DNA of 64,000 bases from Candidatus Caldarchaeum sp. (lineage in GTDB: Archaea; Thermoproteota; Nitrososphaeria_A; Caldarchaeales; Caldarchaeaceae), in assembly GCA_033580815.1 (NCBI GenBank), contig JAVQUC010000002.1, positions 4,259-68,258 on the forward strand, written 5' to 3'. The notes beneath the pieces were generated by a model. That model had not been told where the DNA came from, ran no database searches, and was given only the letters and a program-made list of their open reading frames with translations. Position 1 is the stretch's first letter. Every line of letters begins with the position of its first letter. This document shows positions 1-10,082 of this stretch, piece by piece. A program made the translations under genes and the position numbers.

Positions 1-762
1 AGCGGTAGGCTCGAGGAGATGCCGGCGGAAGAGGGCTACCCAAGCTACCTAGCCAGCCGGCTCGCCGAATTCTATGAAAGAGCTGGAAGAGTTGTTACGG
101 TCGGCAGGCCGGAAAGAATCGGCAGCGTCACGCTTGTTGGCGCCGTAAGCCCACCGGGCGGAGACTTCACCGAGCCTGTCACGACGCACACCATGAGGTT
201 CATACGAACCTTCTGGGCCCTCGACGCGAGCTTAGCCTACACCCGTCACTACCCGGCCATCAACTGGATAACATCTTACTCCGCTTATGTCGAGACGGTC
301 AGGAGATGGTGGGCTGAAAATGTCTCACTCGACTGGTTCGAACAACGTTATCAAGCTTACAGGCTTCTGCAGAGGGAGGCTGAGCTTCTCGAGCTTGTGA
401 GGCTTTTGGGGCCCGAGGCCCTGCCCGACGAGGAGAAACTCATCATCGACGTAGCCCGCATGATCAGAGAGGGATTTCTCCAGCAAAACGCCTACGACGA
501 GGTCGACGCCTACTGCCCACCGGCCAAACAATACAAGCTCCTCCGCCTGTTCGTAAAATTCTACACCTTGGCGGACGAAGCACTACGCAAAGGAATTCCG
601 CTCAAGGCAATCAGGACGATGCCTTTAATATCCAAGCTGATCAGAGCCAAATACGAAATCCCCAACGACAAGCTCGAACAACTCGACGCCTTGGAAAAAG
701 CCTTGGAGGAAAGCTTCGAAAAGCTTGTTCTCGGCGAGAGGCTGGAGGTGGGGGCGCGTTGA
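1..762 (+). CDS. atpA: A-type (archaeal V-type) ATP synthase subunit A, C-terminal part. The gene starts upstream of the window.
   Basis: The translation (…[19 protein letters not shown]… INWITSYS…) matches the conserved C-terminal region of A/V-ATPase catalytic subunit A. It is followed directly by subunit B. Confidence 0.85.
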   Translation, partial: SGRLEEMPAEEGYPSYLASRLAEFYERAGRVVTVGRPERIGSVTLVGAVSPPGGDFTEPVTTHTMRFIRTFWALDASLAYTRHYPAINWITSYSAYVETVRRWWAENVSLDWFEQRYQAYRLLQREAELLELVRLLGPEALPDEEKLIIDVARMIREGFLQQNAYDEVDAYCPPAKQYKLLRLFVKFYTLADEALRKGIPLKAIRTMPLISKLIRAKYEIPNDKLEQLDALEKALEESFEKLVLGERLEVGAR

Positions 763-2156
763 CTTTGGAAAAATCTGGGATTGAATACCTCTCGGTTCAA
801 GAGATTAGAGGTCCTTTAATGATTGTCGGAGGTGTCTCGGGCGTCGCTTACGATGAATTAGTTGAGATCGAGACCGCCGAAGGTGAAAGAAGGCTTGGCA
901 GAGTCATCGAAGTCGGTGAAGGAAGGGCGGTGGTCCAGGTTTTCGAAGGAACTCAGGGCCTCGGTATCGAGGGGACTAAGGCACGTTTCCTCGGCAGGAC
1001 GATGGAAATACCTGTTTCGGCTGAGATGCTTGGAAGAGTTTTTGACGGCCTCGGCAAGCCGTTGGACGGTCTTCCCGACCCGATAGCCGAGGAAGTCCTC
1101 GACGTCAACGGGGAGCCCATCAACCCGCAACAGCGAGAATACCCGTCCGACTTCATACAGACAGGCATATCTGCCATCGACGGAATGAACAGCCTGGTTA
1201 GGGGTCAGAAACTTCCTATCTTTTCGGGCGCGGGCCTTCCACACAACTTCCTCGCGGCGCAGATAGCGAGGCAGGCGACTGTTCCCGGAAAGGAGGAGGA
1301 GTTCGCCGTCATCTTCGCCGCCGTCGGTGTTCAAAACGACGAAGCCCGCTATTTCCGACGAAGCCTCGAAGAGAGCGGAGCCATCAAACGAAGTGCTCTG
1401 TTCCTCAACCTAGCGGACGACCCGGCCATCGAAAGAATAGTGACACCCAGAATAGCCCTCACTCTCGCAGAATACCTCGCCTACAAACAAGGATACCATG
1501 TGCTCGTCATCATAACGGACATAACCAACTACGCGGAAGCCCTCAGAGAAGTGAGCGCAGCCCGTGAGGAAGTGCCCGGGCGCAAAGGCTACCCGGGGTA
1601 CATGTACACAGACTTGGCGTCGCTGTATGAAAGGGCTGGAAGGCTGCGGGGCTTGAGGGGGAGCTTGACTCAGATGCCGATACTGAGCATGCCGAGCGAC
1701 GACATTACGCATCCGATTCCAGACCTCACGGGATACATCACCGAAGGCCAGATAGTTCTTTCACGAGACCTCTACCGGAAGGGAATTTACCCGCCCATCA
1801 ACGTGTTGATGAGCCTTAGCAGGCTTATGGGCCCTGGAATAATTTCGCAGAAGAAAACAAGGCCCGACCATGGAGACGTCAGCAACCAACTCTATGCAGC
1901 CTATGCGAGGGCGGTGCAGCTGAGAAGCCTCGCCGAAATCGTCGGTAAGTCAGGACTTTCCGAGACTGACCTGAAATACCTCGAGTTCGGAGACCTGTTT
2001 GAGCAGAGGTTCCTCCGCCAAGGATACACCGAGAACAGGACGCTTGACCAGACCATCGACATAGCATGGGACATCTTGTCAAACCTCCCGGAAGCCGAGC
2101 TGACTAAAATCAAGGAGGAACACATCAGGAAACATTACCGAAGGAGGACGGCGTAA
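759..2156 (+). CDS. atpB: A-type ATP synthase subunit B (465 aa)
   Basis: TTG start overlaps the atpA stop. The sequence ([11 protein letters not shown]…, [26 protein letters not shown]) is typical of the V/A-ATPase non-catalytic B subunit. Confidence 0.9.
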   Translation: MTLEKSGIEYLSVQEIRGPLMIVGGVSGVAYDELVEIETAEGERRLGRVIEVGEGRAVVQVFEGTQGLGIEGTKARFLGRTMEIPVSAEMLGRVFDGLGKPLDGLPDPIAEEVLDVNGEPINPQQREYPSDFIQTGISAIDGMNSLVRGQKLPIFSGAGLPHNFLAAQIARQATVPGKEEEFAVIFAAVGVQNDEARYFRRSLEESGAIKRSALFLNLADDPAIERIVTPRIALTLAEYLAYKQGYHVLVIITDITNYAEALREVSAAREEVPGRKGYPGYMYTDLASLYERAGRLRGLRGSLTQMPILSMPSDDITHPIPDLTGYITEGQIVLSRDLYRKGIYPPINVLMSLSRLMGPGIISQKKTRPDHGDVSNQLYAAYARAVQLRSLAEIVGKSGLSETDLKYLEFGDLFEQRFLRQGYTENRTLDQTIDIAWDILSNLPEAELTKIKEEHIRKHYRRRTA

Positions 2157-2163
2157 ATTCTCG

Positions 2164-3306
2164 TTGCAGACGAGCTCAAAATGGGTTCTCCTATCATGGC
2201 TATTCGTCGACCGCATCGTCTACACGCTTAACTGGCTTTCCATCTCGCCGGCCCAGCCCTTCATAGCCAGTGAATTCGGGGTAGGTCTTACGTCGCTCGG
2301 AGTGCTGGGAACGGTTTTCCTCGTCGGAATAGGAACCTTCCAGATTCCAGCCGGCTTACTAGCGACGAAATACGGCCCAAAGAAAATCGCCCTGACAGGG
2401 CTTTTCCTCTCATCGCTTTTCGCGGGCCTTTGTAGTTTGGCTCCCAACTTCGAATCGCTCCTGGTTCTCAGGTTTTTGACTGGAGTGTTTCTTAGTTTTT
2501 TCTTCGGTCCGGGGATCTCGTTCTTCACACCGCTCTTCGGCGTCAGGGAAAGAGGCACTGCTTTAGGCATCTACAACGCGGGCTTTCATGTCGGCACGCT
2601 GCTCGCCATCGGAGTCTGGCCGACTTTGATTACCCAGGTAGGGTGGCGCTTGGGTCTTTTGATTCCCGGCGTGATTGGGTTAGTTCTTACAGGCGTCACC
2701 TACGGTGTCTCGCGCTGGGTGAACGACAGAACCAACAACGAGGAATATGGGTTGTCAGCTATCAAAAACACTGCAGTGATCAGCTCAGCGTTGGGCCTTG
2801 CCCTAGCCGGGGCTGCATGGTATCCGCTTACACAGTTTGGAATCCTCTATCTGGATTTGGAGAAGGATGTTGGGTTTGAGGCCGCCGGTGCCTTGATATC
2901 GGTTCTTTCTGTTGGAAGCGTCTTCGGCGCGCCCCTTTCCGGAAGAATTTTCGACAGAGCGCGAAACCGCAAACTATTGCTGTATCTCCTCAATGTCTTA
3001 AGCGCGCTAGCCTTGTCGGCCTTCGTCTTCACACCAGTCGCTCTGATACCTTTGGTGATGTTTGTTATCGGATTTCTTTACACCTCCTCCAACAGCCTGT
3101 TCTACCTCGTCCCCATGTCTCTCCTTCCCGAAGAGAAGGTGGCGGTGGCCGTCGCCATGGTCAACTCTGTTCATCTGCTGGCGGCCTCGGTCATTCCATT
3201 CGTGTTCGCGAACCTTGTCGAATCGCTGGGATACGTCGTAGGATGGCTGTCAATGTCTGCACTCTGTGCTTCTGCCCTTGTCTGCATTCGAGGAATGAAA
3301 GTTTAA
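2164..3306 (+). CDS. MFS-family transporter (380 aa)
   Basis: About 12 predicted hydrophobic helices. The length and G/A/L-rich composition are typical of the major facilitator superfamily. Confidence 0.6.
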   Translation: MQTSSKWVLLSWLFVDRIVYTLNWLSISPAQPFIASEFGVGLTSLGVLGTVFLVGIGTFQIPAGLLATKYGPKKIALTGLFLSSLFAGLCSLAPNFESLLVLRFLTGVFLSFFFGPGISFFTPLFGVRERGTALGIYNAGFHVGTLLAIGVWPTLITQVGWRLGLLIPGVIGLVLTGVTYGVSRWVNDRTNNEEYGLSAIKNTAVISSALGLALAGAAWYPLTQFGILYLDLEKDVGFEAAGALISVLSVGSVFGAPLSGRIFDRARNRKLLLYLLNVLSALALSAFVFTPVALIPLVMFVIGFLYTSSNSLFYLVPMSLLPEEKVAVAVAMVNSVHLLAASVIPFVFANLVESLGYVVGWLSMSALCASALVCIRGMKV

Positions 3307-3324
3307 CCACTGTGAAGTGGTTAA
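3303..3324 (+). terminator. Perfect palindrome TTAACCACT-GTGA-AGTGGTTAA overlapping the MFS stop codon, followed by an A-rich tract. Possible terminator or protein-binding site.
   Basis: 9-bp inverted repeat with a 4-nt loop, read directly from the sequence. Confidence 0.3.
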
Positions 3325-3357
3325 AAACTTAAATAATCAAAGTCCAAACCCACAACC

Positions 3358-3831
3358 ATGGATGTTTTTAGCGCGGCGGAGGAGATCATGGAGAACGCGC
3401 TGGTCTCCTCCCTCAGCTACGTCACATCATCGGGTGAAGTTTCAACTCATCCGATGCTTCCGCTCTACAGCAGAGAAAGAAAGAAGCTGTACATGACCTC
3501 AAGCATACTGTTCAGCAAAAAAATCGAGCACATAAAGAGGAACCCTAAGGTCGGTGTGCTGTTTAGCGGCCGGCAGTTCATCAGAACACCAACCTACTCC
3601 GCTTTACATCTCAAAGGCGATGCAAAGATCTACGAGGAAGACCTTCACAAGGGCTGGGAATGGCTCGTCGACCTCTGGCGTAAGAAGGAACCCTACATCG
3701 ATTCTTTCCTCAAACAGCGAATAGCATTGCCGCTCTTCTGGGAACGCGTGATCATCGAAATCACTCCCCGTGAACTGCTGCTTTGGAAAGACGGCGACAT
3801 AAGCACAGAGCCGCTGAGGTGGAGGGCATGA
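3358..3831 (+). CDS. Pyridoxamine-5'-phosphate-oxidase-like (FMN-binding split-barrel) protein, 157 aa
   Basis: Size and motif pattern (…KRNPKVGVLFSG… HLKGDAKIYEED…) of the PNPOx-like family. Its stop TGA overlaps the ATG of the next gene (ATGA). Confidence 0.5.
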   Translation: MDVFSAAEEIMENALVSSLSYVTSSGEVSTHPMLPLYSRERKKLYMTSSILFSKKIEHIKRNPKVGVLFSGRQFIRTPTYSALHLKGDAKIYEEDLHKGWEWLVDLWRKKEPYIDSFLKQRIALPLFWERVIIEITPRELLLWKDGDISTEPLRWRA

Positions 3832-5150
3832 CGGTCGAACGAGAGCTGGAGGAATTCAGCGACGTAGTCGTTTCATACTTGGATGACGACGGCTATCCCA
3901 TGAGCTATTCGACAACGGCGAGGAAGCACGAGGGAAAACTAATCCTCGAAAAACCACCCTACCTTAAGGTTAAACCACGTGTTACCGTTTTGCTCAACCA
4001 CATAACACCACTCCCCACAGGAGGCTACACCGATCGAAGGTACGTCATGATGAGAGGGCGTGCAGAGGTCGAAAGACGAACGGTCTTATTCACGCCGGAG
4101 AAAACCTACGGCTGGGACGAAAAAACAAAGCCCTTCTTCCAATATTGCGAGGAAAGGGTGCCGCAGGCGAGGAGGTATCTCACGGTACTGAGTGAAAGCG
4201 TTGGACGCGTCATCAAGGCGCGGCTGCCGACTGTTCAACTGCTTTTCAGAGCAACGAGGTTCCCGTTTCTGACAGCGACCGTCGCTCCCGTTTTGATCGG
4301 CGTCGGCTCAGCGGCCTATCTGGGATTCTTCGACCCGATTCTCTTCATCCTTACGCTGGTCGGCGCTAGCCTCATCCACCTAGGCCTAAACATGACGAAC
4401 GACTACTATGACTCGAAGCTGGGAGCGGACGAAGCGAACATCACGCCAACACCGTTCAGTGGGGGGTCGAGAATGATCCAGTATGGCTTGCTGTCGCCGA
4501 GACAAGTTGCGACGGCAGCGGCTCTGTTCTATCTTTTCGGGGGATTGATAGGAGTTTTCCTTGCTTTGACCCGTGGTCTAATACCGGTTTTGACTGTGAT
4601 GGCCATCGGCATCTTCATCAGCTACGCCTACACCGCCCCGCCTTTCAAGCTCGCCTACAGAGGAATGGGAGAATTGGCCGTTGGCATAGGCTTCGGCCCC
4701 GTAATCGTACTCGGAAGCCACTACGTCCAAACTCAAACCTTCTCTTTAGAGGCCGCTGTAGCCTCTATTCCCATAGGCATAATGATAGCACTAATCCTGT
4801 ACATCAACGAAATACCCGACGCACCCTACGACACCGTAGCAGGCAAACGAACCATCGTGACAAGGCTTTCGAAACCCGCCGTGCTTACCTTGTACAAAAT
4901 TCTCCTCGGGCTGGCGTACGCGTTCATAGTTGGTTCTGTCGTGTCGGGTCTGGCTCCTCCGACGGTTTTGCTGGGTCTGCTGACGATTCCGAAAGCGGTC
5001 AAAACAGTTCGGCTTGTGTCACAGACTTACGGCAGTCCGTATTTGATGATTCCTGCTCTCGCATCAAACATCCAGGTTGCGACTTTGACAGGGTTTTTGA
5101 TGGCCGCTGGTTTCTTCCTCTGGGCTGTGGTGCGGCTGTTGTTGCCGTAA
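3828..5150 (+). CDS. Fusion protein: an N-terminal PNPOx-like soluble domain of about 130 aa joined to a UbiA-family aromatic/isoprenoid prenyltransferase with about 8 TM helices
   Basis: GGAGG Shine-Dalgarno sequence 8 nt upstream of the ATG at 3828. The C-terminal part carries the UbiA signature NDYYDSKLGAD (NDxxDxxxD) plus many TM helices. The N-terminal part (VVVSYLDDDGYPMSYS… VTVLLNH…) resembles a second split-barrel domain. Confidence 0.6.
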   Translation: MTVERELEEFSDVVVSYLDDDGYPMSYSTTARKHEGKLILEKPPYLKVKPRVTVLLNHITPLPTGGYTDRRYVMMRGRAEVERRTVLFTPEKTYGWDEKTKPFFQYCEERVPQARRYLTVLSESVGRVIKARLPTVQLLFRATRFPFLTATVAPVLIGVGSAAYLGFFDPILFILTLVGASLIHLGLNMTNDYYDSKLGADEANITPTPFSGGSRMIQYGLLSPRQVATAAALFYLFGGLIGVFLALTRGLIPVLTVMAIGIFISYAYTAPPFKLAYRGMGELAVGIGFGPVIVLGSHYVQTQTFSLEAAVASIPIGIMIALILYINEIPDAPYDTVAGKRTIVTRLSKPAVLTLYKILLGLAYAFIVGSVVSGLAPPTVLLGLLTIPKAVKTVRLVSQTYGSPYLMIPALASNIQVATLTGFLMAAGFFLWAVVRLLLP

Positions 5151-5187
5151 CAAAGTTAAAATCGCTGTTTTTTCACCATAGCCCGAA

Positions 5188-6264
5188 ATGGTGAGACGCA
5201 GAGCAGCTGCCAAACCAGCGTACATTGGTTCCCTCCGTGGCAGAGATTTCCTCAACACGAACGACTTCAGTCAGGAGGAAATTAACAACATCCTCAAAGC
5301 CGCAAGAGATTTGCGTGAAAAATTCAAAGCCCGTAAACCAACTGAGTACTTGAGAGGCCAAACGCTTTTCATGATCTTCTACAACCGCTCCCTCAGAACA
5401 CGCAACTCCTTCGAAGCGGGAATCTATCAACTTGGTGGTCACGCCCACTTCCTCAGCCCATCAGACGTCTACACACCAACCCTACCCGAAGATATGATCC
5501 CTTACCAAACGGAATCAATCGCTGATGTGGCCCGTGTTCTCAGCACATACGGTGACGCCATCGCCGTGAGAATCTACGGAGACGCGGCCAAATGGCATAT
5601 CGGAAGAGGCCACAGGGTTATTCAAGAGTTCGCGAAATGGAGTACCATTCCCGTTCTGAACATGGAAGACGACATCTACCATCCCTTCCAAGCGCTCGCA
5701 GACATGATGGCTATAACGGATGTAGCCCCAAAGCCGAGGGGTAAGAAATTCGTCGTCTCCTACGCCTACTCAGGAGGTCTTAAACCGCTTGCAGTCCCCC
5801 AAAGCTGTATTCTAATCGGAACACAGTTTGGGATGGATGTTGTGTTGGCTCATCCACCTGGGTTTGAGCTTGAAGACCACGTCATCCAGGCATGTAAGAA
5901 AAACGTGGAGCAGTACGGCGGCTCGTTCAAAATAACAAACAACATGAAGGAGGCTTTTGAGGGTGCAGACTTTGTTTATCCGAAGGCATGGTCGCCGAAA
6001 AAATTCTTCCCACCTTATAACAATACCGTTGACAAGGAGGGGGCAACTCGATACCAAGACGAGTTCAAGGCATGGATAACGACTCCGGAGCTGATGGACT
6101 TAACCAACAAGGGCAAATACATGCACTGCGGCCCAGCCGACAGAGGACAAGAGGTCGTCGACGAAGTCATCGACAACCCAAACTATTCACTATACTTTCA
6201 ACAAGCCGAAAACCGACTTCACGTCCAGAAGGCCGTGATGTCGATGACGATGGGAAAGAGATGA
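5188..6264 (+). CDS. OTC/ATC-superfamily transcarbamylase of unassigned specificity (358 aa), possibly YgeW/oxamate- or putrescine-carbamoyltransferase-like
   Basis: STRTRNSFE (carbamoyl-phosphate binding), HPFQALAD (HPxQ) and a C-terminal HCGPADRGQEV (HCLP-like) are present. The classical ornithine (DxxxSMG) and aspartate motifs are missing. It is a paralog of 10083..11102. Confidence 0.65.
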   Translation: MVRRRAAAKPAYIGSLRGRDFLNTNDFSQEEINNILKAARDLREKFKARKPTEYLRGQTLFMIFYNRSLRTRNSFEAGIYQLGGHAHFLSPSDVYTPTLPEDMIPYQTESIADVARVLSTYGDAIAVRIYGDAAKWHIGRGHRVIQEFAKWSTIPVLNMEDDIYHPFQALADMMAITDVAPKPRGKKFVVSYAYSGGLKPLAVPQSCILIGTQFGMDVVLAHPPGFELEDHVIQACKKNVEQYGGSFKITNNMKEAFEGADFVYPKAWSPKKFFPPYNNTVDKEGATRYQDEFKAWITTPELMDLTNKGKYMHCGPADRGQEVVDEVIDNPNYSLYFQQAENRLHVQKAVMSMTMGKR

Positions 6265-7289
6265 AAACAGGGGAAGACATCCTCGAGCTAATCGGTAACA
6301 CACCCCTTCTCCGACTCAGGAACATAGAGAAACACGCGGGCATCGAGTCGGAGCTCTGGGCCAAGCTTGAGTTTTACAACCCCTCGGGAAGCCTCAAAGA
6401 CCGGATATACCGCGAAATGATAACGAAGGCCATCGAAAGAGGAGATTTGAGGCCGGGGATGGAAATACTCGAAGTGTCGACTGGAAACGCGGGGATTGCG
6501 TGTTCTTTCGTCGGCTCCCACCTCGGATACAAGGTCACAATCGTCATGCCTGAAGGAATGAGCGAGGAGCGGAAGCAGCTCATCAAGGCGTTCGGCGGCC
6601 AGCTGGTTTTTACTCCCGGGGCAGAAAGCGATGTTGACATTAGCCTTAGGAAAGCGGAGGAGATGATGCAGCGGAACCCGGGGAAGTACTGGTTTCCCAA
6701 CCAATTCACCAACCCGGACAACATCCAAGCACACATCAAGACCACCGGCCCCGAAATATGGGAGCAGACCAAGGGCACCGTGGATTGTTTCGTGATGTCG
6801 CAGGGAAGCGGAGGAACAGTATCAGGAGTTGGTAAATTCCTCAAAGAGAAAAAACCCGGTGTGAAAATATACACGGTCGAACCGGCTGAAGCTCCGATAA
6901 TCAGCGAAGGAAGATGGGGGACTCACAGAATCGAAGGAATCGGAGACGGGTTCATCCCCCGCAACCTCGACCTTTCCGTATGTGACGGAGTGGTGACGAC
7001 GACTTCGGAGGAGGCAATAGAAACAGCGAGAACACTCGCCCGTCTGGAGGGAATATTCGGAGGAATTTCCTCCGGATGCAACGTAGCCGCGGCAGTGAAA
7101 GTTGCTAGGAAATACAAGAAGCTGAGAAAGATAGTAACTCTTATTTGCGACTCAGGCAACAGATACTTGTCCACCGAATTGTACGGTCCGGGTAAGAAAA
7201 CCGAAATCCCAGAGAGGGAACACCCGCTCGACGAGTACACGGTGAGGATGCGGGAAAAACACGCAAGCCGTCTCGAAGTGATAAGGTAA
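6261..7289 (+). CDS. PLP-dependent fold-type II enzyme of the cysteine synthase / cystathionine-beta-synthase family (342 aa)
   Basis: ATG at 6261 overlaps the upstream stop (ATGA). PLP-lysine motif SGSLKDR and glycine loop GSGGT are present. The longer ORF 6072..7289 in the track is an in-frame artefactual extension. Confidence 0.7.
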   Translation: MKTGEDILELIGNTPLLRLRNIEKHAGIESELWAKLEFYNPSGSLKDRIYREMITKAIERGDLRPGMEILEVSTGNAGIACSFVGSHLGYKVTIVMPEGMSEERKQLIKAFGGQLVFTPGAESDVDISLRKAEEMMQRNPGKYWFPNQFTNPDNIQAHIKTTGPEIWEQTKGTVDCFVMSQGSGGTVSGVGKFLKEKKPGVKIYTVEPAEAPIISEGRWGTHRIEGIGDGFIPRNLDLSVCDGVVTTTSEEAIETARTLARLEGIFGGISSGCNVAAAVKVARKYKKLRKIVTLICDSGNRYLSTELYGPGKKTEIPEREHPLDEYTVRMREKHASRLEVIR

Positions 7290-7295
7290 GCAGGA

Positions 7296-7793
7296 ATGGC
7301 GAGCTTCCATTTTGACGAAACCAACGGAGTCGCGTGGGACACCTACTTTGGCGGTCGTGTTTTGGTTCTTTCAGCCAAGCTTATCGGTGAGATGCGGAAG
7401 CTCTTGGCCGGCTCGACATCTGCTGCAGCGGCTGACGCTCTTCTCTGGCACATCGGAAAACGCTATGGTTTAGCGTTGTTGCAGAGAACAGTCGAGATGA
7501 AAAAGAAGCCGTTGGACAGCATAGCCCTACTCGCCGCAAGTGCGCAGAAATCTGGATGGGGCAAAATCTCAGTCGGAAACAAGGTCGATGTAGACCAAAC
7601 ATTCGAAATAGTTTTCGAGAACTGTGCTTTCTGCGAAGGAATCACGGGTGAAAAAAGTCCGTCGTGCTATTTTCTAGCGGGGATCTTGACAGGAATCGCC
7701 GAAGGATTGTTCGGTGAAGGATACAGCGCCAGAGAGACGGAATGCAGGTCTGTCCAAGGAAATGTCTGTCGTTTTTCAGTCGCGAAGTTTTAG
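7296..7793 (+). CDS. V4R (4-vinyl-reductase-like) small-molecule-binding domain protein, 165 aa
   Basis: Conserved Cys pattern CAFCEG … CYFLAGILTGI, typical of V4R/XylR-N-like domains. Confidence 0.5.
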   Translation: MASFHFDETNGVAWDTYFGGRVLVLSAKLIGEMRKLLAGSTSAAAADALLWHIGKRYGLALLQRTVEMKKKPLDSIALLAASAQKSGWGKISVGNKVDVDQTFEIVFENCAFCEGITGEKSPSCYFLAGILTGIAEGLFGEGYSARETECRSVQGNVCRFSVAKF

Positions 7794-7796
7794 CTG

Positions 7797-9056
7797 GTGC
7801 AGGGTTTGTTCGTGGAGAAGATGGTCTGTTCGAGATGCGGTGAATCCTACGACCCCCGTTCTAACCCTATAATGTGTAGAAATAACGACTTCGGCCGGTT
7901 GGATATCTACTATGACTATGACAAGGTCGCTGAATCTTTCAACCGCGCCGAGTTGAGCAAACGTCCTCCGCAGGGTGTATGGCGGTACTGGGAGTTGATG
8001 CCCGTCAACCGCAAGCATTCATCGCCTCTCGCCGAAGGTAACACGCCCCTTCTTAGGGCTTTCCGGCTTGGTCGTGAAATTGGGTTGAAAAACCTGTTCC
8101 TCAAGGACGACACTCGCAACCCGACGGCATCCTTTAAAGACCGGGCGATGTCGGTCGGCGCGGCGAAAGCCCTCGAGACGGGCAAGGTCAACGTGGTCAT
8201 AGCTTCCAGCGGGAACGCTGCATCCTCCTTGGCAGCCTATAGTGCGTCTCTGGGCCTTAACTGTACAGCTTTTGTTCCCGAAGACGTCTCGTTGGGAAAG
8301 GCTTCGCAACTCCTTCTCTACGGCGCCAGAGTTGTCAGGGTCAAGCAGGTTCGGGAGGGGCGCGACCCAACGGTCGAGTTGATGCTCCAGACTGTCCATG
8401 AGATGGGATGGTATCCATGCCCAAGCTTCGGACCCTTCAACCCCTATCAAGTCGAAGGCCCCAAAACAATAGCCTACGAAACAATCGAACAGCTAGAATG
8501 GACAATTCCCGATTTCGTGCTCATCCCCACAGGCTCGGGTTGTTTAGCCGCCGGGATATGGAAGGGCTTCAAAGACTTGAAGACACTGGGTCTGATCGAC
8601 GAATACCCAAAGATCGTCCCGGTCCAGCCTGAAGGAAACATGCCGTTGGTGAGAGCGATAAAGCAGCGCAAAAAATTTGAAGAAATAGAGCCAGAAAAAT
8701 GGCCCCGCTCCATAGCTTCAGGCCTTCTCGACCCCTATCCGTGGGATGGCGACGCAGTCATCGAAGGGGTGAACGCGACGAGAGGAACGGGGGAAACCGT
8801 GACCGAGACCGAAATCAGGGATTCCGTGAAAAAGCTCGCTAACCTTGAGGGTGTCTTCGCCGAACCATCCGGCGCTGTTGGAGTGGCCGCGGCACAGAAG
8901 CTGTTCCATCAAGGTGTAATCGATTCATCGGACGCGGTGGTCATCCTCGTCACCGGCTCGGGACTCAAGGAACCCGAAAAAATGGTCGCTGAGTCCAGCA
9001 TACCGCTGATAACACCGGATATCGAAGAATTCCGCAGACTTTTAGGAAAAAAGTGA
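7797..9056 (+). CDS. Threonine-synthase-like PLP enzyme with an N-terminal Zn ribbon (419 aa)
   Basis: N-terminal C-x2-C … C ribbon (MVCSRCGESY…C), PLP motif SFKDR and a TS-family glycine loop. Confidence 0.7.
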   Translation: MQGLFVEKMVCSRCGESYDPRSNPIMCRNNDFGRLDIYYDYDKVAESFNRAELSKRPPQGVWRYWELMPVNRKHSSPLAEGNTPLLRAFRLGREIGLKNLFLKDDTRNPTASFKDRAMSVGAAKALETGKVNVVIASSGNAASSLAAYSASLGLNCTAFVPEDVSLGKASQLLLYGARVVRVKQVREGRDPTVELMLQTVHEMGWYPCPSFGPFNPYQVEGPKTIAYETIEQLEWTIPDFVLIPTGSGCLAAGIWKGFKDLKTLGLIDEYPKIVPVQPEGNMPLVRAIKQRKKFEEIEPEKWPRSIASGLLDPYPWDGDAVIEGVNATRGTGETVTETEIRDSVKKLANLEGVFAEPSGAVGVAAAQKLFHQGVIDSSDAVVILVTGSGLKEPEKMVAESSIPLITPDIEEFRRLLGKK

Positions 9057-9083
9057 AATTCAAGCTTTATCGTTAACGGTTCT

Positions 9084-10076
9084 TTGAAGTTTTTATTACG
9101 GCGGGACTTGTCATCGCCCATGGATGGCGGAGAGCTTATCGTTGTCGCTTTAGGAGGTAACGCGTTGCTCAGGAGAGGGGACAAGGGCTCGTTCGAAGAA
9201 CAATATAGGAATGTTTCGGAGGCGGCACGCTACCTAGCCGACATCGTCGAAGCAGGCCACAAACTCGTCATCACACATGGCAACGGACCCCAAGTGGGAG
9301 CCACGCTTCTGAGACACGACGCCGGCCAGAAAATCCATGGGATACCGGCCTTCCCGATGGATGCATGCGGCGCCGAAACACAGGGATTAATCGGCTACAT
9401 CATACAGCAAAACCTACGCAACGAGCTCAAACGAAGGGGGATCGACAAATACGTAATCACGGTTGTGACGAGAGTCATCGTCGACAAAGACGACCCTGCC
9501 TTCAAAAACCCAACGAAGCCAATAGGCCCCTTTTACAAAAAAGAGGACCTGGACAAGCTAAAGGCCGAACATCCTGAATACGTCTTCGCCGAAGACAAGG
9601 CTCGCGGCGGATGGAGGCGAGTGGTTCCATCGCCCGACCCAAAAATCATAGCCGAAAGACACGCGATCAAAGCGTTGGTCGACGCGGGTTTCATCGTCGT
9701 CGCAAGCGGTGGGGGCGGCATCCCGATAATCGAGGAGAACGGAAGAGCATCCGGTGTTGAAGCGGTCGTAGACAAAGACCTAGCTGGAGAGAAGCTCGCC
9801 GAGCTGATCAAAGCCGACAGGTTCGTCATCCTGACTGACGTCGACGGAGCATACCTTAACTATGGAAAACCAGACCAGAAAAAGCTGGAAAAAGTGACGG
9901 CCGCTGAAGCGAGAAAATATCTCGAAGAGGGACATTTTGGCTCCGGCTCGATGTTGCCGAAGGTGCTCGCATGCATAAGGTTTGTGGAGTCTGGTGGAAA
10001 AGAGGCGATCATCGCAGAGCTATCGCAGTTCAAGGAGGCTTTCGCGGGAAAAGCCGGCACTCATTTCATTCGGTGA
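9084..10076 (+). CDS. arcC: Carbamate kinase. The true start is probably Met13 at 9120.
   Basis: [10 protein letters not shown] and THGNGPQVG motifs are diagnostic of carbamate kinase in the amino-acid kinase family. Length is about 315 aa. Confidence 0.85.
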   Translation: MKFLLRRDLSSPMDGGELIVVALGGNALLRRGDKGSFEEQYRNVSEAARYLADIVEAGHKLVITHGNGPQVGATLLRHDAGQKIHGIPAFPMDACGAETQGLIGYIIQQNLRNELKRRGIDKYVITVVTRVIVDKDDPAFKNPTKPIGPFYKKEDLDKLKAEHPEYVFAEDKARGGWRRVVPSPDPKIIAERHAIKALVDAGFIVVASGGGGIPIIEENGRASGVEAVVDKDLAGEKLAELIKADRFVILTDVDGAYLNYGKPDQKKLEKVTAAEARKYLEEGHFGSGSMLPKVLACIRFVESGGKEAIIAELSQFKEAFAGKAGTHFIR

Positions 10077-10082
10077 AATTCT

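Noticed and set aside
6072-6260. Long N-terminal extension of the CysK-like ORF (MDNDSGADGL… arginine-rich)
   Set aside because: It overlaps the C-terminus of the transcarbamylase in another frame. The homologous protein starts at MKTGEDIL (6261) with an ATGA overlap.
9084-9119. First 12 codons of the carbamate kinase ORF ([12 protein letters not shown])
   Set aside because: They are probably not translated. The family N-terminus begins just before [10 protein letters not shown], so Met13 is the more likely start.
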